From Segetibacter sp. (GTDB taxonomy: Bacteria > Bacteroidota > Bacteroidia > Chitinophagales > Chitinophagaceae): DNA of 57,183 nucleotides. The stretch covers positions 1-57,183 of the forward strand of contig JANMZN010000514.1 in the NCBI GenBank assembly GCA_031383285.1, read 5' to 3'. Positions 9,712-18,447 of the stretch are shown piece by piece. Under the pieces are notes generated by a model, which ran no database searches, was not told where the DNA came from, and was given only the letters and a program-made list of their open reading frames with translations. Numbering within the stretch: the first letter of the stretch is position 1; each line of letters starts with the position of its first letter. The position numbers were made by a program, and so were the translations under genes.

Positions 9712-11660
9712 TATTCAACAACAACCGATATTTCAGTATTAATTACTGAATTTCCAAGCTGCTTTAGACTAACTCTTAAAGTTGAAGTCGGCTGCAAGTT
9801 ATTAAATGAAGGTGAAAACCAACCAGCCATTTCAACATTATCACCTATAAAAAACTTTGCAGACCCAAATATTTCATTTTTCAATAACAAAGTGCACGAA
9901 TTTCCGATCAAATACACTTTGTCCTTATCATGTTTTACTTTTATATGCGGTGCAAAATGCAATGAGTAAATGATATTGTAATCAATTGCAGCATCCAATG
10001 AATCTATAATTGAGATATGAGGAAGATCGTTTTGGTGAGAAATTGATCTTGAATGAATTACATTGACTCCCTGCTTTTGAAATCCATTATGGGATGCCTT
10101 AATTTTGAAGCCATCAACGGATTGCTCAAATGCTTCTAATACAACCTCGGGTTTAGTATTCCAAATCATTCTTCCTCCTGACTTAGCTTGGTCCAATCCA
10201 TTTAATGATATGGTATTGTGAGCAAGCGTACCCCTAAAATAATTTCTAAACTTACTAAATCGAGAATGATATTGATAAGTACCTGGATCTATGAGAAAAT
10301 CCTCGCCATTCACAGAAACTAAAATCTGCAATGCATCTGCATGACCATGAGCAGCAAGGTGCCCATATCCTATACAGCCTGCATCAAAAACAATCTTCAC
10401 TTCACCAGCATTGCAAAAAAAATATCCCGAATCAGCCAAATGCTTTACTGCAGTTACATTTTCGTTGGGCTCAACTCTTTGCTTTGCTTCAGCTGAAAAT
10501 ACTCGATTTCCCCAAAGAAGATAATTTCTCAAGTCCCAATGAACACTTGAGTTTGTATATTTTTGTAATCCACCTAGCATCTGTATGTCAAAAAATAAGG
10601 AATTGTACAAATCAAATGCAGAGTCAAAATAAGGATACAATATTTGGCCTTCATCCGAATCGCCAATAGGCAATAAGTGACCACCCTCCTGAAGAAAACA
10701 GGCTAGTGCATCTCCCATTTTCTGCAACTTGATTATTGCCTTATCAGGAATTTCAATATTAAATTGCCTGGCCTGACTAAATACTGTGAGGTAAATATTC
10801 ATTACCTCTGCATGGTAGTGAGTTGATTGTTCTTTGCTGAAGCCATCTTCAAAAGTTTGCTTCTCCAATTCATCCAATAACCATTCAAATGATTTTTTTC
10901 GCCACTTATCAGAATCTGAAAAATTATAATGAAGGCTAATAATAAACAGACCCAACAATTCAAATAAAAGGTGATTATTAGCAGAAGAAAAAAGTGATAA
11001 GTGAGCTTTTAAAAACCAAAAATGCTCCTCGACAATATTGTCTATTAACAAATTCAATTCATTTTGTTCCGAAGCATTAAGTTTTGAAATATTCCTTAAG
11101 AAAATTAGGTTCGTAACTCTAATACCCGCTTCTATTCCGCTTTTCCAATTTACACTTTCCAAATACGGGTTTTGACTTTTCCAATCTTTCAGTTGCTTAC
11201 ATACAAGCTTTTCATGATTATGAAAATTTCCTGAAACACCTGCTAACATAATAAATGGAAGATGATGCAATCTTGATATAGTGCTTACATAACGAATGTC
11301 GCCAACTGCTTCAAAATTTTGGTTGTCAATTTTCGAAGTTGGCTTTAACTTAGAAGTAATATTGTGTTTAAAATCCTTACGCCAATCTTCTATGTCAAAA
11401 ACGTTATTAATTACTACATCATAAAATTGAAACTTTTTCAATTGGTCTTCAGAAGGAATTATACCCTTAAGATTTTCAAAATCAATTTCATACTTACGCT
11501 CTTTGAAAACAAAACTATATGCAGGTTTCTTAAAATAAACATCTGCAATGTTATGCTGAATAAATTGCCTTATTCTATACAATTCTTCATATGGATGTTC
11601 CATAGCTTGCCATCGACTTAGTAACCATTTTAGTTTAGCAAGTTTCTTTATGAGACTCAT
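9711..11660 (-). CDS. Heparinase II/III family (polysaccharide lyase-like) protein
   Basis: SANNHL, EQSTHYH, IGDSDEG, HGHADAL, DPGTYQY, RGTLAHNT motifs. No hydrophobic signal peptide visible. Confidence 0.85.
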   Translation of the reverse strand: MSLIKKLAKLKWLLSRWQAMEHPYEELYRIRQFIQHNIADVYFKKPAYSFVFKERKYEIDFENLKGIIPSEDQLKKFQFYDVVINNVFDIEDWRKDFKHNITSKLKPTSKIDNQNFEAVGDIRYVSTISRLHHLPFIMLAGVSGNFHNHEKLVCKQLKDWKSQNPYLESVNWKSGIEAGIRVTNLIFLRNISKLNASEQNELNLLIDNIVEEHFWFLKAHLSLFSSANNHLLFELLGLFIISLHYNFSDSDKWRKKSFEWLLDELEKQTFEDGFSKEQSTHYHAEVMNIYLTVFSQARQFNIEIPDKAIIKLQKMGDALACFLQEGGHLLPIGDSDEGQILYPYFDSAFDLYNSLFFDIQMLGGLQKYTNSSVHWDLRNYLLWGNRVFSAEAKQRVEPNENVTAVKHLADSGYFFCNAGEVKIVFDAGCIGYGHLAAHGHADALQILVSVNGEDFLIDPGTYQYHSRFSKFRNYFRGTLAHNTISLNGLDQAKSGGRMIWNTKPEVVLEAFEQSVDGFKIKASHNGFQKQGVNVIHSRSISHQNDLPHISIIDSLDAAIDYNIIYSLHFAPHIKVKHDKDKVYLIGNSCTLLLKNEIFGSAKFFIGDNVEMAGWFSPSFNNLQPTSTLRVSLKQLGNSVINTEISVVVE

Positions 11661-12706
11661 GAAAAGAATTGTCGGTAAAAATTAACTACTGAAGATTTTG
11701 CATAATTGCTGATGACAATAACTCGGGGATGATAGCCAGATAAATGCGTTGCCATGTAGATAAGCTGTTTTTTAAAATCATCAAAATCTCCTTGCATAAA
11801 TATTTCACCAGATTTCAGCGATTGAACATATTCTGGAACTGCATATGCATTCGGTCCTAATACCGGAACATTACAGCTCATTGCCTCTAAAGAAACCAAA
11901 CCAAGGCTTTCTTGTTTTCTGGCTGTTGGAAAAAGTAGAATGTCAATTGATTGATAAAACAAAACCATTTTATCAGATGGCATCACATCCCATCTTTTGG
12001 ATTGTTCAAATTGTTGCAAAATAAGATCATACCTATTTTTTTCAGCTCCATAGTAGATATAATGCAATTCAATTTTTCTTCCAATAACCTTCTCAATCTG
12101 CTTGATATTTTCTAATAACTTTAAAAGAAAATCGGCTCCTTTACCTGCTGTTAAACCAGAACCAAATCCTAGCCTTAGAACTTCATCTTTATTCTTACTA
12201 TTATTAGACGAAGTAAACAATGAGGTATCGATACCACCACTTGGAGAAACGAAAATTTCAGTTAATGGGATTTTGTATTTCTCAAATAATTGCTGCTTAA
12301 AATAATTGGAGGGAGTAATGTGTTTAGTATGAGCAGGAAGAGCGCTAACGGATTTATTGAAAAACCAATTCAGCTTACTACTTTTTGGAAAAAGATCTTC
12401 TCCATGCCAGTGAATAACTGGTTGCTTCATTTTTGATAAGGACTTAAAAATGGGTATCGAAAAATGCCCATAATGATTCATTAGTACATAATCATATCGA
12501 CTAAAATCATTTTTATAAATAACAAGGTAATATTTTAAATATCTTAAAAAGTGCTGAAACTTCCCTTTAAAGTTAGAGTTTAGGCAACACAATTCTACTT
12601 TATGACCGGCAGCCTCCAGACTCTCTTTAATACTTTTTATGTAAGAAGAATGCTTTGGATTTTGCTCCGTAGGATACCCATTGTTCATCAATAATATTAC
12701 GCTCAC
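11657..12706 (-). CDS. Glycosyltransferase family 4
   Basis: HWHGED, SPSGGID, ESLGLVSLEAMSCNVPV (EX7E). Probable GTG start at 12706, just after the upstream stop. Confidence 0.85.
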   Translation of the reverse strand: MSVILLMNNGYPTEQNPKHSSYIKSIKESLEAAGHKVELCCLNSNFKGKFQHFLRYLKYYLVIYKNDFSRYDYVLMNHYGHFSIPIFKSLSKMKQPVIHWHGEDLFPKSSKLNWFFNKSVSALPAHTKHITPSNYFKQQLFEKYKIPLTEIFVSPSGGIDTSLFTSSNNSKNKDEVLRLGFGSGLTAGKGADFLLKLLENIKQIEKVIGRKIELHYIYYGAEKNRYDLILQQFEQSKRWDVMPSDKMVLFYQSIDILLFPTARKQESLGLVSLEAMSCNVPVLGPNAYAVPEYVQSLKSGEIFMQGDFDDFKKQLIYMATHLSGYHPRVIVISNYAKSSVVNFYRQFFS

Positions 12707-12707
12707 T

Positions 12708-13688
12708 TTATTGCCTCCAGCTACTTTGGTTATGAAGTTTAAAGAAATAAGATAAGCCATTCAGTAACCCTTTTTCCTTTACATGAAACAAGGATGAATT
12801 AACAGCATCATATCCTTTAAGGTATAAAAGTTGCGATTTACTTATCCCTTGCGATTTTTGTGCATGTACCGGATTGTAACCAAGCCTTTTCATTTGATCA
12901 TAAGCGATCTCTTCTATTCTTCTAACACTATTCTTATCAAGAAGGCGAAGAAATTTTTGCTGATTATCTTTAAGGATTTCAGTACTTCCTTTTGCTGCCC
13001 CATAGTTTTCTGCCGACTTGGTTAATTTGGTCATTGCAGCTTCAAAATCAATATCTAAAAATGTAGAAACTCGCTTCATCACTTTTTCAGCATCTGTTAT
13101 TACATCTTCATATTTCACTTCAATATAATCGCCTGAGAAAGCAGCATTGAAAGTTGTTGAATTAGCAAGGGTTTTATTCCATGTATCAGCGGCTCTGAAC
13201 ATACTTTTGTTCCAGATATTTTTAACGGAAATGCAGAAATCTCTTGGGTCTCTAATAATATGAATGATCCTGGCATCAGGAAATATTTCCTTTATCAGAT
13301 AAAGATGATTAATGTAGCCGGGAGTTTTGTCACCATAAATAATATCAAGGCTCAATTTCGTCGGGCCGAAATACTTAAAAATATATAACCCAAAGCTCCT
13401 CCAATCGGTCACCTCATTCCTATTGGCAGAAAATAACTTCGCATTGAAGTGCGGTAAAGTTTTACTATTCCAATAAAAAGATGTCTTTTCGAAAGCGTTA
13501 AAAATATTATCTCTTTCAATTTTAAAATCAACGTTCTTTCCAAAGGATTTTATGAATAAAGGAAGAAAATGGGTTTCTACTTCGGGTATGCTTATTTGAG
13601 AGTGATTGTTTAATAGGTCGCGAAACAATTTGGTACCACTTCTAGGCATACCAACAACAAATACTGGTGCTCGGGAATTTATACTCAT
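12708..13688 (-). CDS. Sulfotransferase (Sulfotransfer_3 / TPST-like)
   Basis: VVGMPRSGTKL, PEVETHF, GDKTP, HIIRDPRD, VKYED. Confidence 0.88.
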   Translation of the reverse strand: MSINSRAPVFVVGMPRSGTKLFRDLLNNHSQISIPEVETHFLPLFIKSFGKNVDFKIERDNIFNAFEKTSFYWNSKTLPHFNAKLFSANRNEVTDWRSFGLYIFKYFGPTKLSLDIIYGDKTPGYINHLYLIKEIFPDARIIHIIRDPRDFCISVKNIWNKSMFRAADTWNKTLANSTTFNAAFSGDYIEVKYEDVITDAEKVMKRVSTFLDIDFEAAMTKLTKSAENYGAAKGSTEILKDNQQKFLRLLDKNSVRRIEEIAYDQMKRLGYNPVHAQKSQGISKSQLLYLKGYDAVNSSLFHVKEKGLLNGLSYFFKLHNQSSWRQ

Positions 13689-13695
13689 ATCTTTT

Positions 13696-14574
13696 TTACT
13701 TGAGCCAAATTGTCAAATCTCTTTTTACCAAATCTTGAGTCCTCATGATGTCATCATAAAAAACATTTTTAATCAAATCGTATCTTACATTCTCGTCAAG
13801 CTTCTCAACCTTGGCAGAACTTTTATTAATTGCCGGCAACAACTGATCTTTAATTTTTCTTCTTAATTTATATGATGGCAAAAACTGTTTAACAAACTTC
13901 TTAAATTTACTTGGAGCAAAAACTAGTTTCTGAATTGCTTGAAACCTCGGAACATATGCAGGCTTATATACCTGATCTAGTTCCAAATTTTGTTGAGAAA
14001 CCTCTAAAAAATCAAGTAAATTAGAAAAGGTAGTAGCTTTATTCTTTTTAAAATCTTCCTCAAAAATAATAAAGAAATTTTTGTCTTGATTTCTGAAAAC
14101 TTTATTCATTTCTGCTAAATGAAAAGAGTACATGCTGCGATTTAGGTGAGTAAAATATCTACTGGCAAATTTTTTAGGATCGTATTGCTTTTCATTTTCT
14201 ATGGCTTGCAAAAAAGTACCATTAAAATAACCTCTTCTCACATTAAAAAGATATTCAGAAAATGCCCTATCAACAGGATCCCGAAGCATATAAATGAGCT
14301 TTATATCTGATCCCAACGTTCCTGCTATTCGTTGGGGCACGTAATCATAAAACATATAGTCGGCAGTGATTTCCCCAATTATTTTCTCACTTTTTACATT
14401 TTGAAAATATTGCTGATACCATTCTTTGCCTTGATTGAAATTTTCATCATTCTCGAAAAAATGAATTTCTTTTCGCTCAGGAAGAAATATTTCTTTGTGT
14501 CCGGACAAAATTTCATGCAAAGAAGTTGTTCCGGATTTGGCAGCACCAACACATAAAAAATCAGGTAGTTTCAT
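13696..14574 (-). CDS. Sulfotransferase (heparan-sulfate sulfotransferase-like domain)
   Basis: LPDFLCVGAAKSGTTSL, KEIHFF, GEITADY, LRDPVDRAFSEY. Confidence 0.9.
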   Translation of the reverse strand: MKLPDFLCVGAAKSGTTSLHEILSGHKEIFLPERKEIHFFENDENFNQGKEWYQQYFQNVKSEKIIGEITADYMFYDYVPQRIAGTLGSDIKLIYMLRDPVDRAFSEYLFNVRRGYFNGTFLQAIENEKQYDPKKFASRYFTHLNRSMYSFHLAEMNKVFRNQDKNFFIIFEEDFKKNKATTFSNLLDFLEVSQQNLELDQVYKPAYVPRFQAIQKLVFAPSKFKKFVKQFLPSYKLRRKIKDQLLPAINKSSAKVEKLDENVRYDLIKNVFYDDIMRTQDLVKRDLTIWLK

Positions 14575-14588
14575 CTAAAATTTTAAAT

Positions 14589-15917
14589 TTAAATATTGCT
14601 ATGACTGGACGATTGTTTAGTCCTTAAAATACTATCTGGATCAAATGGTAACAAAACATACACATATAGAATAGACAATAACGTTCCAACAGCCGGATTT
14701 TTAATGCCATGCCCTGCAATAATAGAGTGACCGATAAAGATTAATAAAGCAATGAGCATGGCAAAATGTAAATAATTACTAGGTCGTTTCACATACTTCC
14801 TGAATGCAATGAAAGCAGAAATTAAAGGGAGCAAAAAAACCCAATTTCCAAAAAGATATCCATAAGCACCAATTAAATCTACATAATCCTTTTCAGCATC
14901 CTTTCCTTCATCTGCGTCCACAGCAGCTTTTTTATTTTCCAAATTACCAAACAACTTTGTTCTGTATTCACCAACACCAGCTCCAAATAAGTCCGAAGCA
15001 ATTCCTCTTTTGTCTATATATTGATATGCAGCATCCTCTAGCTGTGCCCTCGGGGGATTCGTCAAAATCTCTATATACCGATTTACCATATACGGTTTAT
15101 CCTTAATTTTTATATAAGTAATGTATGATGCAGTAATTAATCCAATTAGGACAAGCAAAAAATATCCAAACTTTTTTATCAACCCATTCATGTTTTTAAC
15201 CGCCGCGAAGAAAAGCATTTGAAAAACAAATAGAACCACAGCTAAAAACCCACCCATAATTCCTGCTCTTGTACCTATAAAAATTAATCCAAACAGAATT
15301 AATGTTGATTTTATAAAACTATACTTCTGATTTTGACCAAAAAAAATGTAAAGGCTTAAGCAAAATCCCATTAATACAGACAAAGATGTATCATTTTGAG
15401 CTTTAAAAAAGGATGTTGTCCCAAATCCATAGCTAGTGCTCCCGTTTCCATATGTACTTAATCCAATACCCGAATATGCCGAAAAAAGAATAAAAAGCGA
15501 TGCAACCAAAACATTTATTGTACCCCACCTTATCAGGTCATTGAAAACTATGTACTGCTTCGAAATACAAACCAAAAAGTAAATACACAATAATGATGGG
15601 TAAATGATTTTACTAAACTGTGTAATTTCTCTTCCTAAAGAATACCCGTTATTGTTAAGCCAAAAGAACTGAATAAGAAACCACCATAATATGGTAATAA
15701 AAATGTATAGCTTGAAGATTTTAGATTTAGAATATCTAATTAAATAGGGAATTAAATAAAATGTAATAAATGTTCTAAAAATTACCCCGACTGGAAAGCT
15801 GATAGATTTATAGTCATTCAAAAAGCCATTAAGTAAATCAACAAATACTGAACCAATGAGAATTACTATCACCATATTTCGATGGAAGGTTTTTCTTGAT
15901 ATTGTAAATGTTGACAT
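14589..15917 (-). CDS. Wzy-like polysaccharide polymerase / O-antigen ligase family membrane protein
   Basis: About 10-12 hydrophobic segments, GTRAG motif, large late periplasmic loop. Same operon as wzx, wzc and wza. Confidence 0.7.
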   Translation of the reverse strand: MSTFTISRKTFHRNMVIVILIGSVFVDLLNGFLNDYKSISFPVGVIFRTFITFYLIPYLIRYSKSKIFKLYIFITILWWFLIQFFWLNNNGYSLGREITQFSKIIYPSLLCIYFLVCISKQYIVFNDLIRWGTINVLVASLFILFSAYSGIGLSTYGNGSTSYGFGTTSFFKAQNDTSLSVLMGFCLSLYIFFGQNQKYSFIKSTLILFGLIFIGTRAGIMGGFLAVVLFVFQMLFFAAVKNMNGLIKKFGYFLLVLIGLITASYITYIKIKDKPYMVNRYIEILTNPPRAQLEDAAYQYIDKRGIASDLFGAGVGEYRTKLFGNLENKKAAVDADEGKDAEKDYVDLIGAYGYLFGNWVFLLPLISAFIAFRKYVKRPSNYLHFAMLIALLIFIGHSIIAGHGIKNPAVGTLLSILYVYVLLPFDPDSILRTKQSSSHSNI

Positions 15918-15923
15918 AATGAA

Positions 15924-15946
15924 ATCCGGGTATTTAATACCCGGAT
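15924..15946. terminator. Perfect inverted repeat (internal stem-loop, possible attenuator or operator)
   Basis: ATCCGGGTATT-T-AATACCCGGAT, with 11-bp arms, ending 6 nt before the wzy ATG. Confidence 0.55.
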
Positions 15947-15986
15947 ATAATTTTGAATTAATGTAAAATTTTGTTAATGCCCCTTC

Positions 15987-17456
15987 TTAGTTATTGGAAA
16001 TTAGCCAATCACCTTTACTAAGTTTTTTTGTTGCATCTAAAAAATTAGAGGACTTATCTACAACTTTATTTGCAATAACAACTCCATTAGGAGACATATT
16101 GTCTGTTAGGGATAGTACTACGCTTTTAGTTTGACCAACTATTTTTATATAATTATTTGTCTTTTCAATAAAATAACCATCCCTTATTATGGAATACATT
16201 TTTTTGAAATAATTATAGGATTCTTTTGGTAACCCATTCGAATCGAAAAAGCCAAGCGTACCTTCTTTATCAGCATTATCAGTTAATTTAAATAGATAAA
16301 CTATTTTGAGGTCATTGGTATAGGCATATTCCAACAATTGAATCATTAGAGCTCCTAGTTGAGGCGAATTAGCTCTCAAGTTTTTCTGAAACGTCCCCTT
16401 TGTTTGATGACTAAACATATTCAGCTCAGTTATTGCACCATTCTTAGCATTTGGGATGTTTAATTTTGAAAAACCATCTTTGTCATTTTGATAAAAATGA
16501 AAGGATGCATTTACATTTCTAAAAAAGTCATTATCGTACAGAAATGAGGAATAATTTCTATTCATTTTAGCGCCTTCATTTGCGAACTCACTAGTGAAAC
16601 CACAACAATAGATAGGCCTTTGGTATTTTAATAATATAGATTTTGTTTTCCTAGCTATGCTTATAAATTCTGTTGGTGTTCCCCAGAAATATTGTTTAGC
16701 ATCTGGTTCATTACCTATCTCAAAAGAAAGGTTGTCAATTGAATTATCCTGATCAAATTGGTCAATAAATGCGCTTAAAAATGCTCCATATTTAGCAAGG
16801 TCATCTGGAGTATATCGATTTGTATATTGAAGCATCCTTTGCTTATCACTATCAGCATTTTTACCCTTTTGATTTTCAGTCCCATTTGATGTAAACGGAT
16901 AATTAGACAAACTTAGCAAAACATTAAAACCCCTATTAGTAAGATTCTTCAAATAGGTTACTTGCTGTTGAGGTTGATTGTTCATAAGGTTACGAGTGAA
17001 GGGTTCATAAACTCTAACATTAGTGAACCCATCTTTTTTTATCGTTGAAAGCGCTATATTAATGTTTTCACCATTTTTCAAATCGCCCAAGTAACCTAAA
17101 TTAAAGCCGAAGATTAACTTTTTAAACTTACTATTTTGTTGATTTTCCTTTATTTCAACAGGCTTTTTAATAGGAGCTTCCTTTATTGACTCGTCTTTTA
17201 AAAAATTCTCTTTCGGTTCAGTTTTGTTTTCTCTACGTTTCACAATAGACTTTTCTTCTTTTACAACATCTTCCGAAGTACTCAATTCTTGGGACGCCTC
17301 AGTTTTTTCATCATCTACATTTGAGTTAAAATCGTTCTTTACAGAAGTTGCCGCGGTTGCTTGGGAGTCTTCCGATTTTGAATTGTTTACAGATCCACCA
17401 GAATTGCAACAAACATTAATTAAAACAGCTGGGACAAGAAATAGTAATTTAATCAT
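15987..17456 (-). CDS. Lipoprotein with clan GH-A (GH39/GH5-like) glycoside hydrolase domain
   Basis: Short signal ending in INVCC (lipobox-like), S/E/K-rich linker of about 90 aa, then NVRVYEP, FEIGNEPD (acid/base), SFHFY and ITELN (nucleophile). Confidence 0.65.
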   Translation of the reverse strand: MIKLLFLVPAVLINVCCNSGGSVNNSKSEDSQATAATSVKNDFNSNVDDEKTEASQELSTSEDVVKEEKSIVKRRENKTEPKENFLKDESIKEAPIKKPVEIKENQQNSKFKKLIFGFNLGYLGDLKNGENINIALSTIKKDGFTNVRVYEPFTRNLMNNQPQQQVTYLKNLTNRGFNVLLSLSNYPFTSNGTENQKGKNADSDKQRMLQYTNRYTPDDLAKYGAFLSAFIDQFDQDNSIDNLSFEIGNEPDAKQYFWGTPTEFISIARKTKSILLKYQRPIYCCGFTSEFANEGAKMNRNYSSFLYDNDFFRNVNASFHFYQNDKDGFSKLNIPNAKNGAITELNMFSHQTKGTFQKNLRANSPQLGALMIQLLEYAYTNDLKIVYLFKLTDNADKEGTLGFFDSNGLPKESYNYFKKMYSIIRDGYFIEKTNNYIKIVGQTKSVVLSLTDNMSPNGVVIANKVVDKSSNFLDATKKLSKGDWLISNN

Positions 17457-17524
17457 AATTATTTTTATTAGTAATTGACAAATGCAGTACCGAAAAACGA
17501 TAAATTTGTTATTTTAATGTAAAT

Positions 17525-18421
17525 CTATTTTGGCCTCCACAACATATCAAAATCTTTATCGAGTAAAACTGATAAGTTTTGAACATCGTTTTCGAAATAT
17601 TTATAAACTTCTGCCCTTTCCTCTATTGTTAGTTTCTCATATTTCTTCTCAATCATGTTGAATTTATCGATGAATTTCCTTAACCTGGTCCTTAAAAAAT
17701 ACCTTGCCTTAAAAGGTAATAATTTCGAGAAAATTCTTTTGACAGGAGATTCTTTGTCTCTAATAAAATAGTGAACACTTTTAAATTTCACGTCCCCTGA
17801 TTTATTGTAAACCATCTCCGTATTAATATTCACATTTTTATCTACGCCTAAGAAGCCAAATAGATTTTTTATAGGTTGTTGATCTTTCTGCTTCAAATCT
17901 GTATCTAATAAAATAAAAAGCTGATCTTTTTTAAACCATTTTAGCCAATTGGAAATGTGGGTATTATACAATCCTACTTGAAAATAAGATAAGTCCGTTT
18001 GTTCAGTAAAGTTTCCTTTACTTCTTTTGGATTGCAATTTAATTGTTTCAAGAAAGGCATTTTTCGGAGACTCCCATCCATTTTTCAATGCAAAATTATA
18101 TGCAGAGTAAGCCCTATCAATTGGATTTCTAAGCATGATAAGGATTTTTGCATTCCTATTGTAATTGAAAATTCTTTCTGGTGCTTCATTACAAGAAAAT
18201 AAGTGAACATAGGCCCCACCTGCTAACTGCTGATTTGAATAGTCCTCATAATATTTATGGAAATATTCTACCCCTCTTTTGTAAAAACGCTCTTCTGCAA
18301 AAAAATGGTTTTCTTTTACCTTAGGCATAAAAATATCGGGGTGCTCATTCAAATATTTATATAATGAAGTTGTACCCGCTTTTTGCGCACCAATAATAAA
18401 AAAGTCTACATTTTTATTCAT
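17525..18421 (-). CDS. Sulfotransferase (heparan-sulfate sulfotransferase-like domain)
   Basis: DFFIIGAQKAGTTSL, KENHFF, LRNPIDRAYSAY. Paralog of 13696-14574. Confidence 0.9.
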   Translation of the reverse strand: MNKNVDFFIIGAQKAGTTSLYKYLNEHPDIFMPKVKENHFFAEERFYKRGVEYFHKYYEDYSNQQLAGGAYVHLFSCNEAPERIFNYNRNAKILIMLRNPIDRAYSAYNFALKNGWESPKNAFLETIKLQSKRSKGNFTEQTDLSYFQVGLYNTHISNWLKWFKKDQLFILLDTDLKQKDQQPIKNLFGFLGVDKNVNINTEMVYNKSGDVKFKSVHYFIRDKESPVKRIFSKLLPFKARYFLRTRLRKFIDKFNMIEKKYEKLTIEERAEVYKYFENDVQNLSVLLDKDFDMLWRPK

Positions 18422-18447
18422 CTACATTTTCAATTTGATAATTATGA

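Noticed and set aside
7508-11660. Alginate biosynthesis operon
   Set aside because: Only an AlgD-like and a lyase-like gene are present; no Alg8/Alg44/AlgK/AlgE, and the export machinery is Wzx/Wzy type.
9711-17456. Polysaccharide utilisation locus for heparin degradation
   Set aside because: No SusC/SusD, sulfatases or sensor-regulator; neighbours are biosynthetic.
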